Positions 9,556 through 19,314 are shown, counted from the stretch's first letter. The stretch: DNA of 32,439 nucleotides from a virus (IMGVR_UViG_3300025653_000144:1-32439); one strand, 5' to 3'. Numbers and translations are program-made. The notes: generated from the letters alone by a model not told the origin.

Positions 9556-9959
9556 CAAGGACAGGAATTATCAGAAGGCTTCAGAGCTACCTTCAGACGG
9601 CTTATGATGGGCCGATTACAATCCTAGCAGAAGAGGATGACGGGGATTTAACCCCACCATGCGCCGTGGTTAGGATCGGCCAGAGCGATGAATTTGGAGC
9701 AAACCAAGCTTTGGTCTGGGACTTCAATGTCATGATCGCTGTCTTTCACGATGCAGATGAAGACTCTATCGAGACCGCAGAAACTCAATCAGAAGCCCTG
9801 TTTAACGAGCTTTGTGATATCGAGGAAGTGACCAACTATTTAGAGCTTGGAGGGTTCCTGGTTTCTGTCTGGAGACCGTTAACGATAGAGGCGGGAAGGG
9901 AAGAAACTAAATGGATGCACGTTCATGGTTTCCACCTCATTGCGGCAGACTCGCCTTGA
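9552..9959 (+). CDS. Tail terminator protein (putative)
   Basis: 135 aa acidic, PPCAVV motif, immediately upstream of tail tube gene. Confidence 0.6.
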   Translation: MTRTGIIRRLQSYLQTAYDGPITILAEEDDGDLTPPCAVVRIGQSDEFGANQALVWDFNVMIAVFHDADEDSIETAETQSEALFNELCDIEEVTNYLELGGFLVSVWRPLTIEAGREETKWMHVHGFHLIAADSP

Positions 9960-9981
9960 ATTTTGACACCTTGAAAGAGTC

Positions 9982-10371
9982 ATGGCAGTTCAAGTTTCTG
10001 GAACTCAGGTTTCATGGGGAATCCCGGCAGATGGGAAGACGGCAGCGGATTCACTAGTTGAGGGAATCGTTCAAGATTTCGAGATTTCAACCGATGGCAA
10101 TCTTACTGAAATCACCGATGAGGATGGGGATTTTGTTTCTCGTGTTGACCACGGAGAAAAGAACACGGTTACTTTCTCAAGCCTAGTAACCGACACAAGC
10201 CCAACGCTGCCAGCCAAGGGAGCTTCCGTGACGTTCTCTGCTGCGATTAATGGGGTTGCACTCAATACTGGGCTTTCATTCGTTGAGGATGCTTCGATTG
10301 CTTACGCTGGGACCAATACGACAACCGTTTCAATTACGGTTTCCCATTACCCTGACATGTCTGCTCCCTAA
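9982..10371 (+). CDS. Major tail (tube) protein (putative)
   Basis: 129 aa Ser/Thr-rich beta protein directly upstream of the chaperone and tape measure genes. Confidence 0.6.
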   Translation: MAVQVSGTQVSWGIPADGKTAADSLVEGIVQDFEISTDGNLTEITDEDGDFVSRVDHGEKNTVTFSSLVTDTSPTLPAKGASVTFSAAINGVALNTGLSFVEDASIAYAGTNTTTVSITVSHYPDMSAP

Positions 10372-10883
10372 TGTCATCTCTTGACAATCTCCAGAGGGCT
10401 CTTGATAGCGTCGAAGGAGCCACACCAAAGGAAGTAATTGACGCCTTTCTTCCTAAAAAGAAGGAGATCGCTGGGAGAAGTCTAGTTCCCCTAACCCTAG
10501 GGCATTCAATCTTTTTAGCAAATTGCGACCACCCCTTGTCTCGTGGAGAGCTTGAAAACTGGAAACCTCACGAGACCGCTCTTGCCTTATTTGCGTTCAC
10601 GAGAGGATCTGGCGAACTAAAAGAAGAGGTTGCAAATGGAACGCTAGAACAATCCCTTGATGATTTCATGAAGGATATTCCCTTGGGATCAGTCCTAGCA
10701 TTTACTGCCATTTTGATGGCTCATTATATTGAATCGCTACAAACAGGGGTTGAGATGCACGATCCTAACGCAAAAGGAAAGGCTCAAAAAAAAACCCTTT
10801 TGGATGGATTCTGTCAACGCTTGCGGGACTTTGTCGCCAATATCATTGGACGCCTGATTTCGTTCTTCACCAACTCCCGGTGA
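10371..10883 (+). CDS. Tail assembly chaperone (gpG analogue)
   Basis: Between tube and tape measure; contains an A9 slippery run at 10786-10794. Confidence 0.7.
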   Translation: MSSLDNLQRALDSVEGATPKEVIDAFLPKKKEIAGRSLVPLTLGHSIFLANCDHPLSRGELENWKPHETALALFAFTRGSGELKEEVANGTLEQSLDDFMKDIPLGSVLAFTAILMAHYIESLQTGVEMHDPNAKGKAQKKTLLDGFCQRLRDFVANIIGRLISFFTNSR

Positions 10884-11002
10884 GTCAAGCCTTTGCCTTG
10901 TCCGCTTGTTCCGCTTGGGCTTCTGGGATGGAGCCTAAGAAGGGCGGTTACATGGACAAGGAACTTGATAGAAGATTGCAAGTTTTGGAAACAGAGAATT
11001 GA
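10787..11002 (+). CDS. -1 frameshift extension of tail chaperone (gpT analogue)
   Basis: A AAA AAA heptamer at 10787-10793; -1 frame reads NPFGWILSTLAGLCRQYHWTPDFVLHQLPVSQAFAL...ETEN to TGA 11000-11002, filling the gap to the tape measure gene. Confidence 0.75.
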   Translation, partial: KKNPFGWILSTLAGLCRQYHWTPDFVLHQLPVSQAFALSACSAWASGMEPKKGGYMDKELDRRLQVLETEN

Positions 11003-11018
11003 CTTTTGAATTGATATA

Positions 11019-12461
11019 ATGGCAGGAGCGCACGTCAGCATTGGAGCCGATTCCAAGAAAGCGGAAAGGGAGCTGAAGTCTTTCGAGAGGAAAACTCGTA
11101 AGATTGCCAAGAGTATTCAAAAAGGCTTTCAAGAAAGAATCGGACATAAGCTTTTTGATGGGCTGACGGGAGCAGCAAGAGCGGTCCCGGGTATTCTGAA
11201 TGATGCGATCAAATCAGCTTCTGATTTAAACGAAGAGCTTTCAAAGTCGGAGGTGATTTTTAAAGATGCATCCTCTGAAATTGAGTCATTTGCAAATGGA
11301 GCCGCCGAGTCGATGGGGTTGACTAAAACGGCAGCACTTCAGGCAACCGGGACTATCGGGAATATGTTCACGGCAATGGGGATGAGCGGGAAAGAGGCCG
11401 CTGATATGTCCATGAGCATGGTTAAACTTGCCGCAGATCTCGGGTCATTTAACAACACTTCAACCGATGATGCTATCCAAGCAATCGGAGCAGCACTCCG
11501 TGGTGAGTCTGAGCCAATCCGCCGATATGGCGTCCTTTTGGATGATGCTACGCTAAAGGCCGAAGCATTAACAAAGGGCCTTTATGATGGAAAAGGAGCA
11601 TTAGAACCGGCATCAAGGGCACTGTCAGCATACTCCGTCATTCTAAAGCAAACCACTTCCGCCCAAGGAGATTTTGAAAGAACGTCAGACGGTCTCGCGA
11701 ACTCTCAAAAAATAGCAAACGCAAGGATTGACGAGGCAGCAACAAAACTAGGAATGGCACTATTGCCAGCAATGCAAAAGTTTGTCGATCTTCTAAACAA
11801 TACCGATTTTGACGCAATGGCAGACGGGATCGCTGGTCTTGTTGATGGCTTTGCAAGCCTAGCCTCGACAGTTCAAGATGCATATGGATTCTACAAGGGC
11901 TTGATTGATCTGATGCGCGGAAATAAATCAGTTTTTGATGGTCCTCAAATTGAGACTATCAACGCCAATGCAAGCGGGATTGAAATGCTTCCAAAGGGGG
12001 AAACATGGGCTTCTTATTATCGCAAAAAGGAGGAAGAAAGACAACGGGCACAAGCCAGATTGCTTGAAGGGGCAGACCCTAATGATCCATTTGGGGAGCA
12101 GGCAATGAAAGCAAACAGGATGGCTGATCTTCAAAAACAAATTGAAGCTAGAAGAAAAGCAAATGAGGACTTCTTTAGTAGATCTGAGCGCAAGAAAAAG
12201 ACAGAAAGCAAAGATCCTGCATCCAATTTGATTGACGCTCTCAGAGACAGATTGAGCATAGTCCAAGATTCTTTAAATCAATCCTCATCACTCTCGGGAA
12301 ACCTTGCCGTTTCTTCAATGCAGAGAATCGGTGGAGGTGGTGGGGTTGCTTCAACCCTCGACATCCAAAAGAGACAAGCAAACTTGCAAGCTGAAATGGT
12401 TGAACTATTAAAACAAATCAACTCAGCCGGGGGCATGAGTGGCGGCATCTCCGACTTTTGA
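11019..12461 (+). CDS. Tape measure protein (short, 480 aa)
   Basis: Ala-rich helical; ASDLNEELSK, LAADLGSFNN, ALRGESEPIRRYG and AQGDFERTSDGLAN motifs. Confidence 0.9.
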   Translation: MAGAHVSIGADSKKAERELKSFERKTRKIAKSIQKGFQERIGHKLFDGLTGAARAVPGILNDAIKSASDLNEELSKSEVIFKDASSEIESFANGAAESMGLTKTAALQATGTIGNMFTAMGMSGKEAADMSMSMVKLAADLGSFNNTSTDDAIQAIGAALRGESEPIRRYGVLLDDATLKAEALTKGLYDGKGALEPASRALSAYSVILKQTTSAQGDFERTSDGLANSQKIANARIDEAATKLGMALLPAMQKFVDLLNNTDFDAMADGIAGLVDGFASLASTVQDAYGFYKGLIDLMRGNKSVFDGPQIETINANASGIEMLPKGETWASYYRKKEEERQRAQARLLEGADPNDPFGEQAMKANRMADLQKQIEARRKANEDFFSRSERKKKTESKDPASNLIDALRDRLSIVQDSLNQSSSLSGNLAVSSMQRIGGGGGVASTLDIQKRQANLQAEMVELLKQINSAGGMSGGISDF

Positions 12462-12480
12462 CACAAACTAAAATTTAAGC

Positions 12481-13617
12481 ATGAATCTTTACGTTGACCT
12501 AGACGCTTTGCAATTACGGGCATCCTTGACCGATGCAAGGAGGGTTTCGGGAATTGAGGTAAAGAGAGGTGATGCTTTTCCGCTTGTCGTTAGATTCGTT
12601 CAGGGTGGATCTCAGGTTAGACTTGATTCAACGACCGTCATCAATTTCGCGATCAAGGAAAACGGAAAGTATGATGACGATCCTCTAGTTTTAGAATCAT
12701 CTTTCACTGCTTCTACCGTTGAAGATCCAGACAGCGATCCACGCTACACGGCAACGCCTAGCCTTAACACGACCGAGCTAAACGCGCTTTTCTCAATCGA
12801 CGGGGATTCTTCAAACGATCCGAAATCAGTCGTTGCGATGGGCGAGCTTACGTGGGAAGCCACGGGGGACACTGGGCCGACTAGCACCCGCACTTTTAGC
12901 GTAACGGTCGAGAACGATGTTTATCGGGGGAGCGAATCAACACCCACGAGTCAACCAACTCCCGAGGCATGGTTAACCGCCAGGAATACGGAACGGGGAA
13001 TTCAACCCATCAGAACAGGGCTTAACCATCTATTCCCGCCATCGGTTACGATTGACGGGGAAATTCTAGGATCTGGAGACGTTCCAATCACACTTGAGCC
13101 CTTGGTTTATTCCAGCACTGATTCTAACGGCTATCCTCAATACAGTGTGACCACTGCCGAAACGATTGATCTAGACTTAGCCTGGAACAATGTCTCAAAG
13201 GAGTGGGATCTAACGGTGGATTTCGGAGGATCACCCGCTACCGTAGTCTATGAATCTGATGGAATCGCGGCATCATACACAGACCCGACTGGAGTGACTC
13301 TCGTAGAACCTGGCCGGACTGATGTATCAATTACGAATCCCCTTGGCATTGTTGCGCCGATCATGGGGGATATGGGATACATTCAATCTACGGGACAAAC
13401 GTATATTTACGATGGGATTGAATGGATTCCGATTGGCTGGCTTGCTAACACTATGACGGTTTCCGATTTGCCAGATGAGGGAATCAGCGAAGGGCGAAGA
13501 TTGTTCGTAACTGATTCAGACGTTGCGGCATCTGGAAACTTTGGGGCAATTGTAAATGATGGGGGGAGCAATACCGTCCCCGTATTTTCAGATGGAACTG
13601 ATTGGAGAATTGGTTAA
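12481..13617 (+). CDS. Baseplate / tail fibre protein (BppU-like N-terminus)
   Basis: KRGDAFPLVVRF N-terminal motif; C-terminal TVSDLP...FVTDS...GGSNTVPVFSDGTDWRIG module common at fibre ends. Confidence 0.65.
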   Translation: MNLYVDLDALQLRASLTDARRVSGIEVKRGDAFPLVVRFVQGGSQVRLDSTTVINFAIKENGKYDDDPLVLESSFTASTVEDPDSDPRYTATPSLNTTELNALFSIDGDSSNDPKSVVAMGELTWEATGDTGPTSTRTFSVTVENDVYRGSESTPTSQPTPEAWLTARNTERGIQPIRTGLNHLFPPSVTIDGEILGSGDVPITLEPLVYSSTDSNGYPQYSVTTAETIDLDLAWNNVSKEWDLTVDFGGSPATVVYESDGIAASYTDPTGVTLVEPGRTDVSITNPLGIVAPIMGDMGYIQSTGQTYIYDGIEWIPIGWLANTMTVSDLPDEGISEGRRLFVTDSDVAASGNFGAIVNDGGSNTVPVFSDGTDWRIG

Positions 13618-13944
13618 ATGTTAAAGGACAAGATTTCATATGGGGAAACCTACGATCTATCGGTTTCGGTTTGCGATTCTGATGGTAATGCCGTTACTAT
13701 CGATGAAACCTATTCCGCGAAATATCGTTTCACGGATTCAAGGGAATTAGGAGGAACGGAGATCGCTGCCGGGGATATGGTGATTGCAGACGGGGTAGCC
13801 ACTGCATCGATTGATACTGGGGACACTCCTTGGACTGCGGGAATTTATTTCTACGATGTCAGGATAACTGATGAAGAAGAAAATGAGTATGTCTCAGAAG
13901 TCATTCAACTTGTAATCTCAGCAACTCAAACTCTCCCCGCATAA
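13618..13944 (+). CDS. BppU-like baseplate adaptor protein
   Basis: YGETYDLSV...AGIYFYDVRITD pattern; precedes tailspike. Confidence 0.55.
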   Translation: MLKDKISYGETYDLSVSVCDSDGNAVTIDETYSAKYRFTDSRELGGTEIAAGDMVIADGVATASIDTGDTPWTAGIYFYDVRITDEEENEYVSEVIQLVISATQTLPA

Positions 13945-15464
13945 TGGCTTTGAGAACCATCCAGATCACGGCTAAGAGGAATCAAACCCTTTCAACCATT
14001 GTCATCAATCGGGGGCCTGCTGGGATCGCTGGAGAGTCTAATTACGTCAACCCTGTCGTATATGGAGCCGACCCAACGGGGACGATTGATTCAGCCCCCG
14101 CGATTCAAGACGCAATCACTGAGGCGATAAGCAGGGGGACTGGAGTTTTAATCCCTTCTGGGGAATACCTCTTGGAGTCATTCACCACGGGAACAATCCA
14201 CCTTTCACTTTTTGAAACTAATTCTGTTTCTGCCAATTCGAGATGTGACTTCATCGGAGAAGGCAGAGTTATCCTGACAACCGCACAATCAGACTCCACA
14301 GTTCTAAGGCTTCAGGGAAGCAGTAGAAACGCTAAAATTTCAAACATTCATTTTAAGAATACAGCAACCGGAACCACGGACTTGTCTTATGGTATCAATT
14401 CGATCAGCGGGGGAACTGGTATCATCAACCCCGTGATCTCTGATTGTTTGTTTGAGGGTTTTGCAGTCTCCGTGGGATTGGCTGGCGTTGACGGGGCTCA
14501 CATCGAAAGGAATCGATTTCTAGCTCCTAACGGTAGGGACGGGGGATCATCTTCTAACACCAGCCCCAATGTCTTTATTCGATGCGATTCGAGTCTTTCA
14601 GGAGGTGCGGTAAAGAACACAACCGTCAAAAATAATCTTTTTGATGGATATTCTGGACTAAATGGGATTGCTACTGATGCGCCGGTGACCAGGGCAACAA
14701 TGGATGGTTCAATCTGGGGGGATACCAACGGACTGGTTTTCACCAATAACAAAATCCGAAACTTTGGCTTTGAGGGTGTTCAATGCACTCGGGAGTATGA
14801 GGACGGCAGCCCAGAAGCTCCTATCATCATTTCAGACAACTCGATTGATTGTTCAGTCCCATCTGGTGCTTACAAGTTCCCAACGAGTGACCCAGCAGGA
14901 ACCGCTTCAATGTGGCCTATTTGGTGCGCGTCAAGCTACGCTATTATTTCGGGGAACAACGTGCAAGAGGCTGTATCTCCCATCACAATCGTCAACCCCC
15001 CCTCTTCAACCGATCCTAGAAGGTCAGTTATTACGGGTAACCTGATCAACACATCCTCAACGATTGAGCCGACTAGGTGCATTGATACGTTTACCGTTTC
15101 CCCTGAAACCTCTGGAAGTGTAGCAATTAAGAATAATCATATCTTTTACAACTACGAATCAGAACACACAGAATCTAGCTATTTGATCGGGATAGTCAGG
15201 CATGATAATTCTGTAGTTGAGGGAAACACAGTTACGTTCAGAGGATTTACAACAGATAGCGGGGCCACTGATGTTAAATCCATATTCCGCATGTTTAACT
15301 GCAATGACGTTCAGGTAATTAACAATCATGCAAATGACGGGGATGACTTCTTTGATGACAATGGGAGCACGGTGACGAACATCAGGCTTTTTAACAATAC
15401 ATTCAAAAATTCAACGACCCTTTTCAGCGGGGCAACCCCCTCAGGGTATTCTTTTATCACATAG
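13944..15464 (+). CDS. Tailspike / right-handed beta-helix depolymerase
   Basis: YVNPVVYGADPTGTIDSAPAIQDAI...IPSGEY (pectate lyase 3-like start) and repeated IxxNxF/I beta-helix rungs. Confidence 0.85.
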   Translation: MALRTIQITAKRNQTLSTIVINRGPAGIAGESNYVNPVVYGADPTGTIDSAPAIQDAITEAISRGTGVLIPSGEYLLESFTTGTIHLSLFETNSVSANSRCDFIGEGRVILTTAQSDSTVLRLQGSSRNAKISNIHFKNTATGTTDLSYGINSISGGTGIINPVISDCLFEGFAVSVGLAGVDGAHIERNRFLAPNGRDGGSSSNTSPNVFIRCDSSLSGGAVKNTTVKNNLFDGYSGLNGIATDAPVTRATMDGSIWGDTNGLVFTNNKIRNFGFEGVQCTREYEDGSPEAPIIISDNSIDCSVPSGAYKFPTSDPAGTASMWPIWCASSYAIISGNNVQEAVSPITIVNPPSSTDPRRSVITGNLINTSSTIEPTRCIDTFTVSPETSGSVAIKNNHIFYNYESEHTESSYLIGIVRHDNSVVEGNTVTFRGFTTDSGATDVKSIFRMFNCNDVQVINNHANDGDDFFDDNGSTVTNIRLFNNTFKNSTTLFSGATPSGYSFIT

Positions 15465-15493
15465 GAAATTGACAAACCAATCTTTTTAGAACT

Positions 15494-15739
15494 ATGGAAT
15501 ACACTTTTTCAAATACGGACCCGCAAGAATTCGTAATCATCCCGGGGAAGACTTATCAGGTCGAAGCTAACGATGGGGACTTGACGATTGAGAAAAAGAA
15601 GCTAGACGGGGCTTGGGTTTCAGTCTTTAACGGCCCACTTGCGGACGGAGAACAAAAGATTCTGAGAACGCATAGCGATGGGGCGAAAATCCGAGTCACG
15701 GCTTCCGCTGCGGGAACTGAATTTATCATGCTATCCTAG
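15494..15739 (+). CDS. Small virion-associated protein
   Basis: 81 aa beta-rich ORF between tailspike and second fibre gene. Confidence 0.55.
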   Translation: MEYTFSNTDPQEFVIIPGKTYQVEANDGDLTIEKKKLDGAWVSVFNGPLADGEQKILRTHSDGAKIRVTASAAGTEFIMLS

Positions 15740-15741
15740 AT

Positions 15742-16806
15742 ATGGGATTGATAAACCAAGCTGGTCTTTTTAGTGGTGCTGGGCTTGTCGATAGGGCAGG
15801 TCTTTACAACGAGGCTGGTCTCTATGTCCCGGGTTCATTTTCTGGCTTAGCCACCAACCCCGTTCTCGCCTACGAGGCCGAGTCGTCGATGCTTGCGGAT
15901 GGTGGGGTACCCGCAGCGCAAGGGGATGGTATCTCGACTCTTGACGATCTGACCGCCAACAGTATCGACGCGACCCAGACCACTGCCACCAACCAACCCA
16001 TCGCTTTTGATGCCGCCAACGGTGGACCATTCGCCAGATTCGACGGCAGCAATGATCGCATGTCGTTCACGCTAGCAGAGTCTATCACAAATGGCACGGT
16101 TTTCTTTGCGACGAAAAAAGGTAGCTACGCTGCCAATCTCAATCTTGCGGCTGGCACGCATGATTTCAGCGGGAATAAGATTTCCGGCAATTACTTTTTT
16201 TCCAACGATCTGGTCGCGCTCTATCTTTTCGACTACGAATTGAGCGAGACTCAGATCGCTGAACGAAAATCCTACTTTGTCACCAAAGGGGCGGTTGAGG
16301 ATTATGGTGCACAAAACAGCTTTTCTTATGCGTGGCGACTCTGCACCAGCCTGACTAGTTTCCCATTGATTAACACATCGTCGGGAAATGATTTCAAATT
16401 TGCTTGGCTTGATTGCACCAGCTTGACTAGTTTCCCGTTGATTGACATATCATTAGGAAGGAATTTTCAATTGACGTGGCGGAATTGCACCAGCCTTGAA
16501 GATTTTCCAGCAGGATTTTTCGATAATTGGAATCCCTCCTCAATCTTCAATGGGGTGTTTAATCAAACATGGGACGGCTGCTCATCCCTCACATCTCAAT
16601 CAGTTGAGAACATCCTGACATCCATCGACACAAGTGGGATATGGGCGACAAATGACGGCACGAGCAGCGGGACAACTCTAAATGATCCCGTGATTGATAT
16701 CGACTATGATGTATCAACTGGTTCGCTCAGTGCCGCGACGACAACCGCGATCACTAGCCTCAAAGGCAAAGATTGGGAAATCAACATCAACGGCACCTTG
16801 CAATGA
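15742..16806 (+). CDS. Putative receptor-binding protein with BspA/DUF285-like leucine-rich repeats
   Basis: ATQTTATNQP...RFDGSND lectin-like segment, then 24-aa repeats AWxxCTSLTSFPLI. Confidence 0.65.
   Translation: MGLINQAGLFSGAGLVDRAGLYNEAGLYVPGSFSGLATNPVLAYEAESSMLADGGVPAAQGDGISTLDDLTANSIDATQTTATNQPIAFDAANGGPFARFDGSNDRMSFTLAESITNGTVFFATKKGSYAANLNLAAGTHDFSGNKISGNYFFSNDLVALYLFDYELSETQIAERKSYFVTKGAVEDYGAQNSFSYAWRLCTSLTSFPLINTSSGNDFKFAWLDCTSLTSFPLIDISLGRNFQLTWRNCTSLEDFPAGFFDNWNPSSIFNGVFNQTWDGCSSLTSQSVENILTSIDTSGIWATNDGTSSGTTLNDPVIDIDYDVSTGSLSAATTTAITSLKGKDWEININGTLQ
16342..16510 (+). repeat. 72-bp period coding repeats (CTSLTSFP units)
   Basis: TGCACCAGC starts at 16342, 16414 and 16486. 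Confidence 0.85.
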
Positions 16807-17108
16807 CCGACGAAACACACAGGTATTTCAAGTGCGAGGCAGCGACATACACTCAACTCGCTGCCGCAGTTGACCAGTCACGGGGTTATCCTCGAGGGCT
16901 CGGCACAAGAGCCGTAACATTGCGCGGCCTGCCGCCCTTCGATGAACTCGCAATTGCTAACGATAAGAGCGGTCGAGGTCTCATCGCGATTGACAAGTGG
17001 CGATTTACACCAGCCGACGACGAACTAATTGACCCTGCGATTCAAGCCGGATTGATCGAGGAATTGACTCTCTCCGAATATCAAAACTTAAAACCCGAAA
17101 TCATATAA
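16803..17108 (+). CDS. Hypothetical protein (possible fibre-associated chaperone)
   Basis: ATGA overlap with upstream gene and TAATG overlap with downstream gene. Confidence 0.6.
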   Translation: MTDETHRYFKCEAATYTQLAAAVDQSRGYPRGLGTRAVTLRGLPPFDELAIANDKSGRGLIAIDKWRFTPADDELIDPAIQAGLIEELTLSEYQNLKPEII

Positions 17109-17425
17109 TGAACGCCCTCGCATCATACCTTCGTCATCTAATCGTCACCGGCCTAGTCATGCGCGTTGAAAAGATTGGCCTTCCGACCGAAGGACTAGCA
17201 GAAGGGGCTGACGTCATTGCCCTCGCCGTCGTAGGGACTCTGTCCTGGGTGGTGGTCAAATACGTTGCGCCCTACCTTAAGCCGTCAACTCTGCTTCTGA
17301 TAGCCCTCTGCGGAATCCTGACTATTGCCCTGCCCTCGTGCGGCACATCGTTTTCGATTTCGCGACCGCTCCCTGACGATCTGGGAGGAGGAAGCGCAAC
17401 CATTATCATCACGCCGGCGAAATGA
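17108..17425 (+). CDS. Holin-like membrane protein
   Basis: Two to three hydrophobic segments, directly upstream of the endolysin; LPSC lipobox-like motif after the last segment. Confidence 0.6.
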   Translation: MNALASYLRHLIVTGLVMRVEKIGLPTEGLAEGADVIALAVVGTLSWVVVKYVAPYLKPSTLLLIALCGILTIALPSCGTSFSISRPLPDDLGGGSATIIITPAK

Positions 17426-17910
17426 TCTGTCGCCACCCTGACCCATACCAAGAGACGGTGAAACTTTCGCCCAATCGAGGCGATACGATTGTTCCCCTCT
17501 ACATCATTCTTCACCATTCGGGGGGGTCATTCGAGGGCGGCGTTTCATGGATTCTCAACCCGAAAAGCAAAGTCTCGTATCACTACCTAATCGACCCTGA
17601 GAACGGGAACCGTGTGCAAATGGTATGGGATTCAAAACGGGCATGGCACGCAGGCCGGAGCCGATGGCAGGGACGCACTGGGCTCAACTCTCACAGTGTC
17701 GGGATTGCCTTTGCAGGGGACACTAACAAACGGACACCCTCCGAAATCGAAATCGACTCGGTGGCTCACAAGTGCATCTACCTGATGGACAAATTCAAGA
17801 TCGGGAAAGACGGAATCCTGACCCATCAAATGATCGCCCCTCGACGGAAGAACGATTGTTCGCCTGAAACCTATAAGCTCGTGATCGAGCGCATCGACGA
17901 ATTGTTATGA
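17422..17910 (+). CDS. Endolysin, N-acetylmuramoyl-L-alanine amidase (Amidase_2)
   Basis: IILHHSGG, VSYHYLI, RAWHAGRS, SVGIAF and ILTHQMIAPRRKND zinc amidase motifs. Confidence 0.92.
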   Translation: MICRHPDPYQETVKLSPNRGDTIVPLYIILHHSGGSFEGGVSWILNPKSKVSYHYLIDPENGNRVQMVWDSKRAWHAGRSRWQGRTGLNSHSVGIAFAGDTNKRTPSEIEIDSVAHKCIYLMDKFKIGKDGILTHQMIAPRRKNDCSPETYKLVIERIDELL

Positions 17911-18146
17911 GTGACGAAATCCTATACGCCCTCGGCACCGCCCTCGTGGGAGCCATCACAATCCTCTGGCGAGTGGTCATCAAACGAGCGAACGATTGCG
18001 AGAGGAAGCATGAAAAAACGTCTGGCGATTTGCTTATCGTCACTAAAGAGGTCGGGGAACTGAAGGGTAAAATCAGCATTGCCGAAAACCTCTCCCCGAA
18101 GCTTGACCAGATACATCAAGAGATCCGAGACCATCTAAACAAATGA
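17907..18146 (+). CDS. Single-TM coiled-coil lysis-module protein
   Basis: N-terminal TM helix (ILYALGTALVGAITILW) followed by coiled coil. Confidence 0.6.
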   Translation: MSDEILYALGTALVGAITILWRVVIKRANDCERKHEKTSGDLLIVTKEVGELKGKISIAENLSPKLDQIHQEIRDHLNK

Positions 18147-19096
18147 GCCTGAAATCCGATGTTAAGAAGTTGGAGAGTGACGGAATGAGTGAGCGGATTA
18201 AAGCACTCGAAGCCGAAAACCTCCTCCTCTCAAATCGACTAGACAAGCTCAAAGCGGCAAAGGCTCATCCAAAGATCAAGATCGGGAACGGGAAGGGCAG
18301 GAAGAAGGGAGATTTCGTCCGATGCATTGCCGGTGACATCCACGGAATGAAGCATGACCCGGCGGCAGTCAAGGCATGGCTTCGGGACGTTAAGACCGTT
18401 GACCCTGACGAGGTGGTGATTCTTGGGGATTACATCGACTGCGGAGGGTTCCTGAGCGAATACAAGGCTACGAACTGGGTTGATGCCTATGGCTACTCCT
18501 ACGAGGAGGACATCGAAGCCACAAACGCGATACTTGATAGTCTTCAAGAGGCGGCACCAAGGGCTAGGATTGAGATCATCGAGGGGAACCATGAGGACCG
18601 TGTTGAGAGGTATGCCGTAAGCACCAACCCCGGTTCCAGATTGGCCGCTGAGGCCGTTTTGAAGGCAATCTCCCCCGAGTATCTCTGCCATCTAAAAGAG
18701 CGCGGGATCACGTATTACAGGCGAGGAGAGATTCACAACGTGCCCAACGAGCCGGGATGGATCAGGAAAGGAAAAGTCCTGATGGCTCATCGTGTGGGAA
18801 CTTGCCGGAATGCGGCCATGCAATCGGTGACGAAGACCGGGCAGAACGTATTTTACGCAGACACTCACCGGGCGGATCATGCCACGATCAAAACGCCAGC
18901 TAATGGCAGGATCGGGGCCTGGAACTTCGGGTGCCTATGCCAAGCTGCTAGACCGCTTTGGTCTCGTTCTAACTACTCAGACTGGACCCAGGGTCACGGT
19001 GTTCAATTTGTTTCCCGCTCTGAAAATTTCCTTGTTGTCCCCGTTGGCATCGAGAACGGGGAATCGTTTTTAACTCCACTCCTTGAAAAAGCATGA
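18143..19096 (+). CDS. Calcineurin-like metallophosphoesterase
   Basis: GDIH, LGDYID, EGNHEDR and (A)DTH motifs. Confidence 0.85.
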   Translation: MSLKSDVKKLESDGMSERIKALEAENLLLSNRLDKLKAAKAHPKIKIGNGKGRKKGDFVRCIAGDIHGMKHDPAAVKAWLRDVKTVDPDEVVILGDYIDCGGFLSEYKATNWVDAYGYSYEEDIEATNAILDSLQEAAPRARIEIIEGNHEDRVERYAVSTNPGSRLAAEAVLKAISPEYLCHLKERGITYYRRGEIHNVPNEPGWIRKGKVLMAHRVGTCRNAAMQSVTKTGQNVFYADTHRADHATIKTPANGRIGAWNFGCLCQAARPLWSRSNYSDWTQGHGVQFVSRSENFLVVPVGIENGESFLTPLLEKA

Positions 19097-19302
19097 GCCT
19101 AAGAGCAGACCTCTATCAGCACAGCCGTCAGACCGAGATTCCCGAGGGTTTTCGGACGATTAGAGACTTCGCGGAGGAAGATAGAATCTCATACGATACG
19201 GCTCGAAAGCTCCTGCGGGATCTCTACCACTCAGGCCTTTACGAGTGCAAAAAGTTCCCGGGTCGATTGGAGCTTTACTACCGCAAGATCCCCCAAGATT
19301 AA
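19093..19302 (+). CDS. Small HTH-like protein
   Basis: FRTIRDFAEEDRISYDTARKLL HTH-like; ATGA coupled to the phosphoesterase. Confidence 0.6.
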   Translation: MSLRADLYQHSRQTEIPEGFRTIRDFAEEDRISYDTARKLLRDLYHSGLYECKKFPGRLELYYRKIPQD

Positions 19303-19314
19303 GGGGGGTGACGG

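Noticed and set aside
16342-16510. Diversity-generating retroelement VR/TR pair
   Set aside because: The repeats are tandem in-frame protein repeats, differences are not adenine-specific, and no reverse transcriptase is present.
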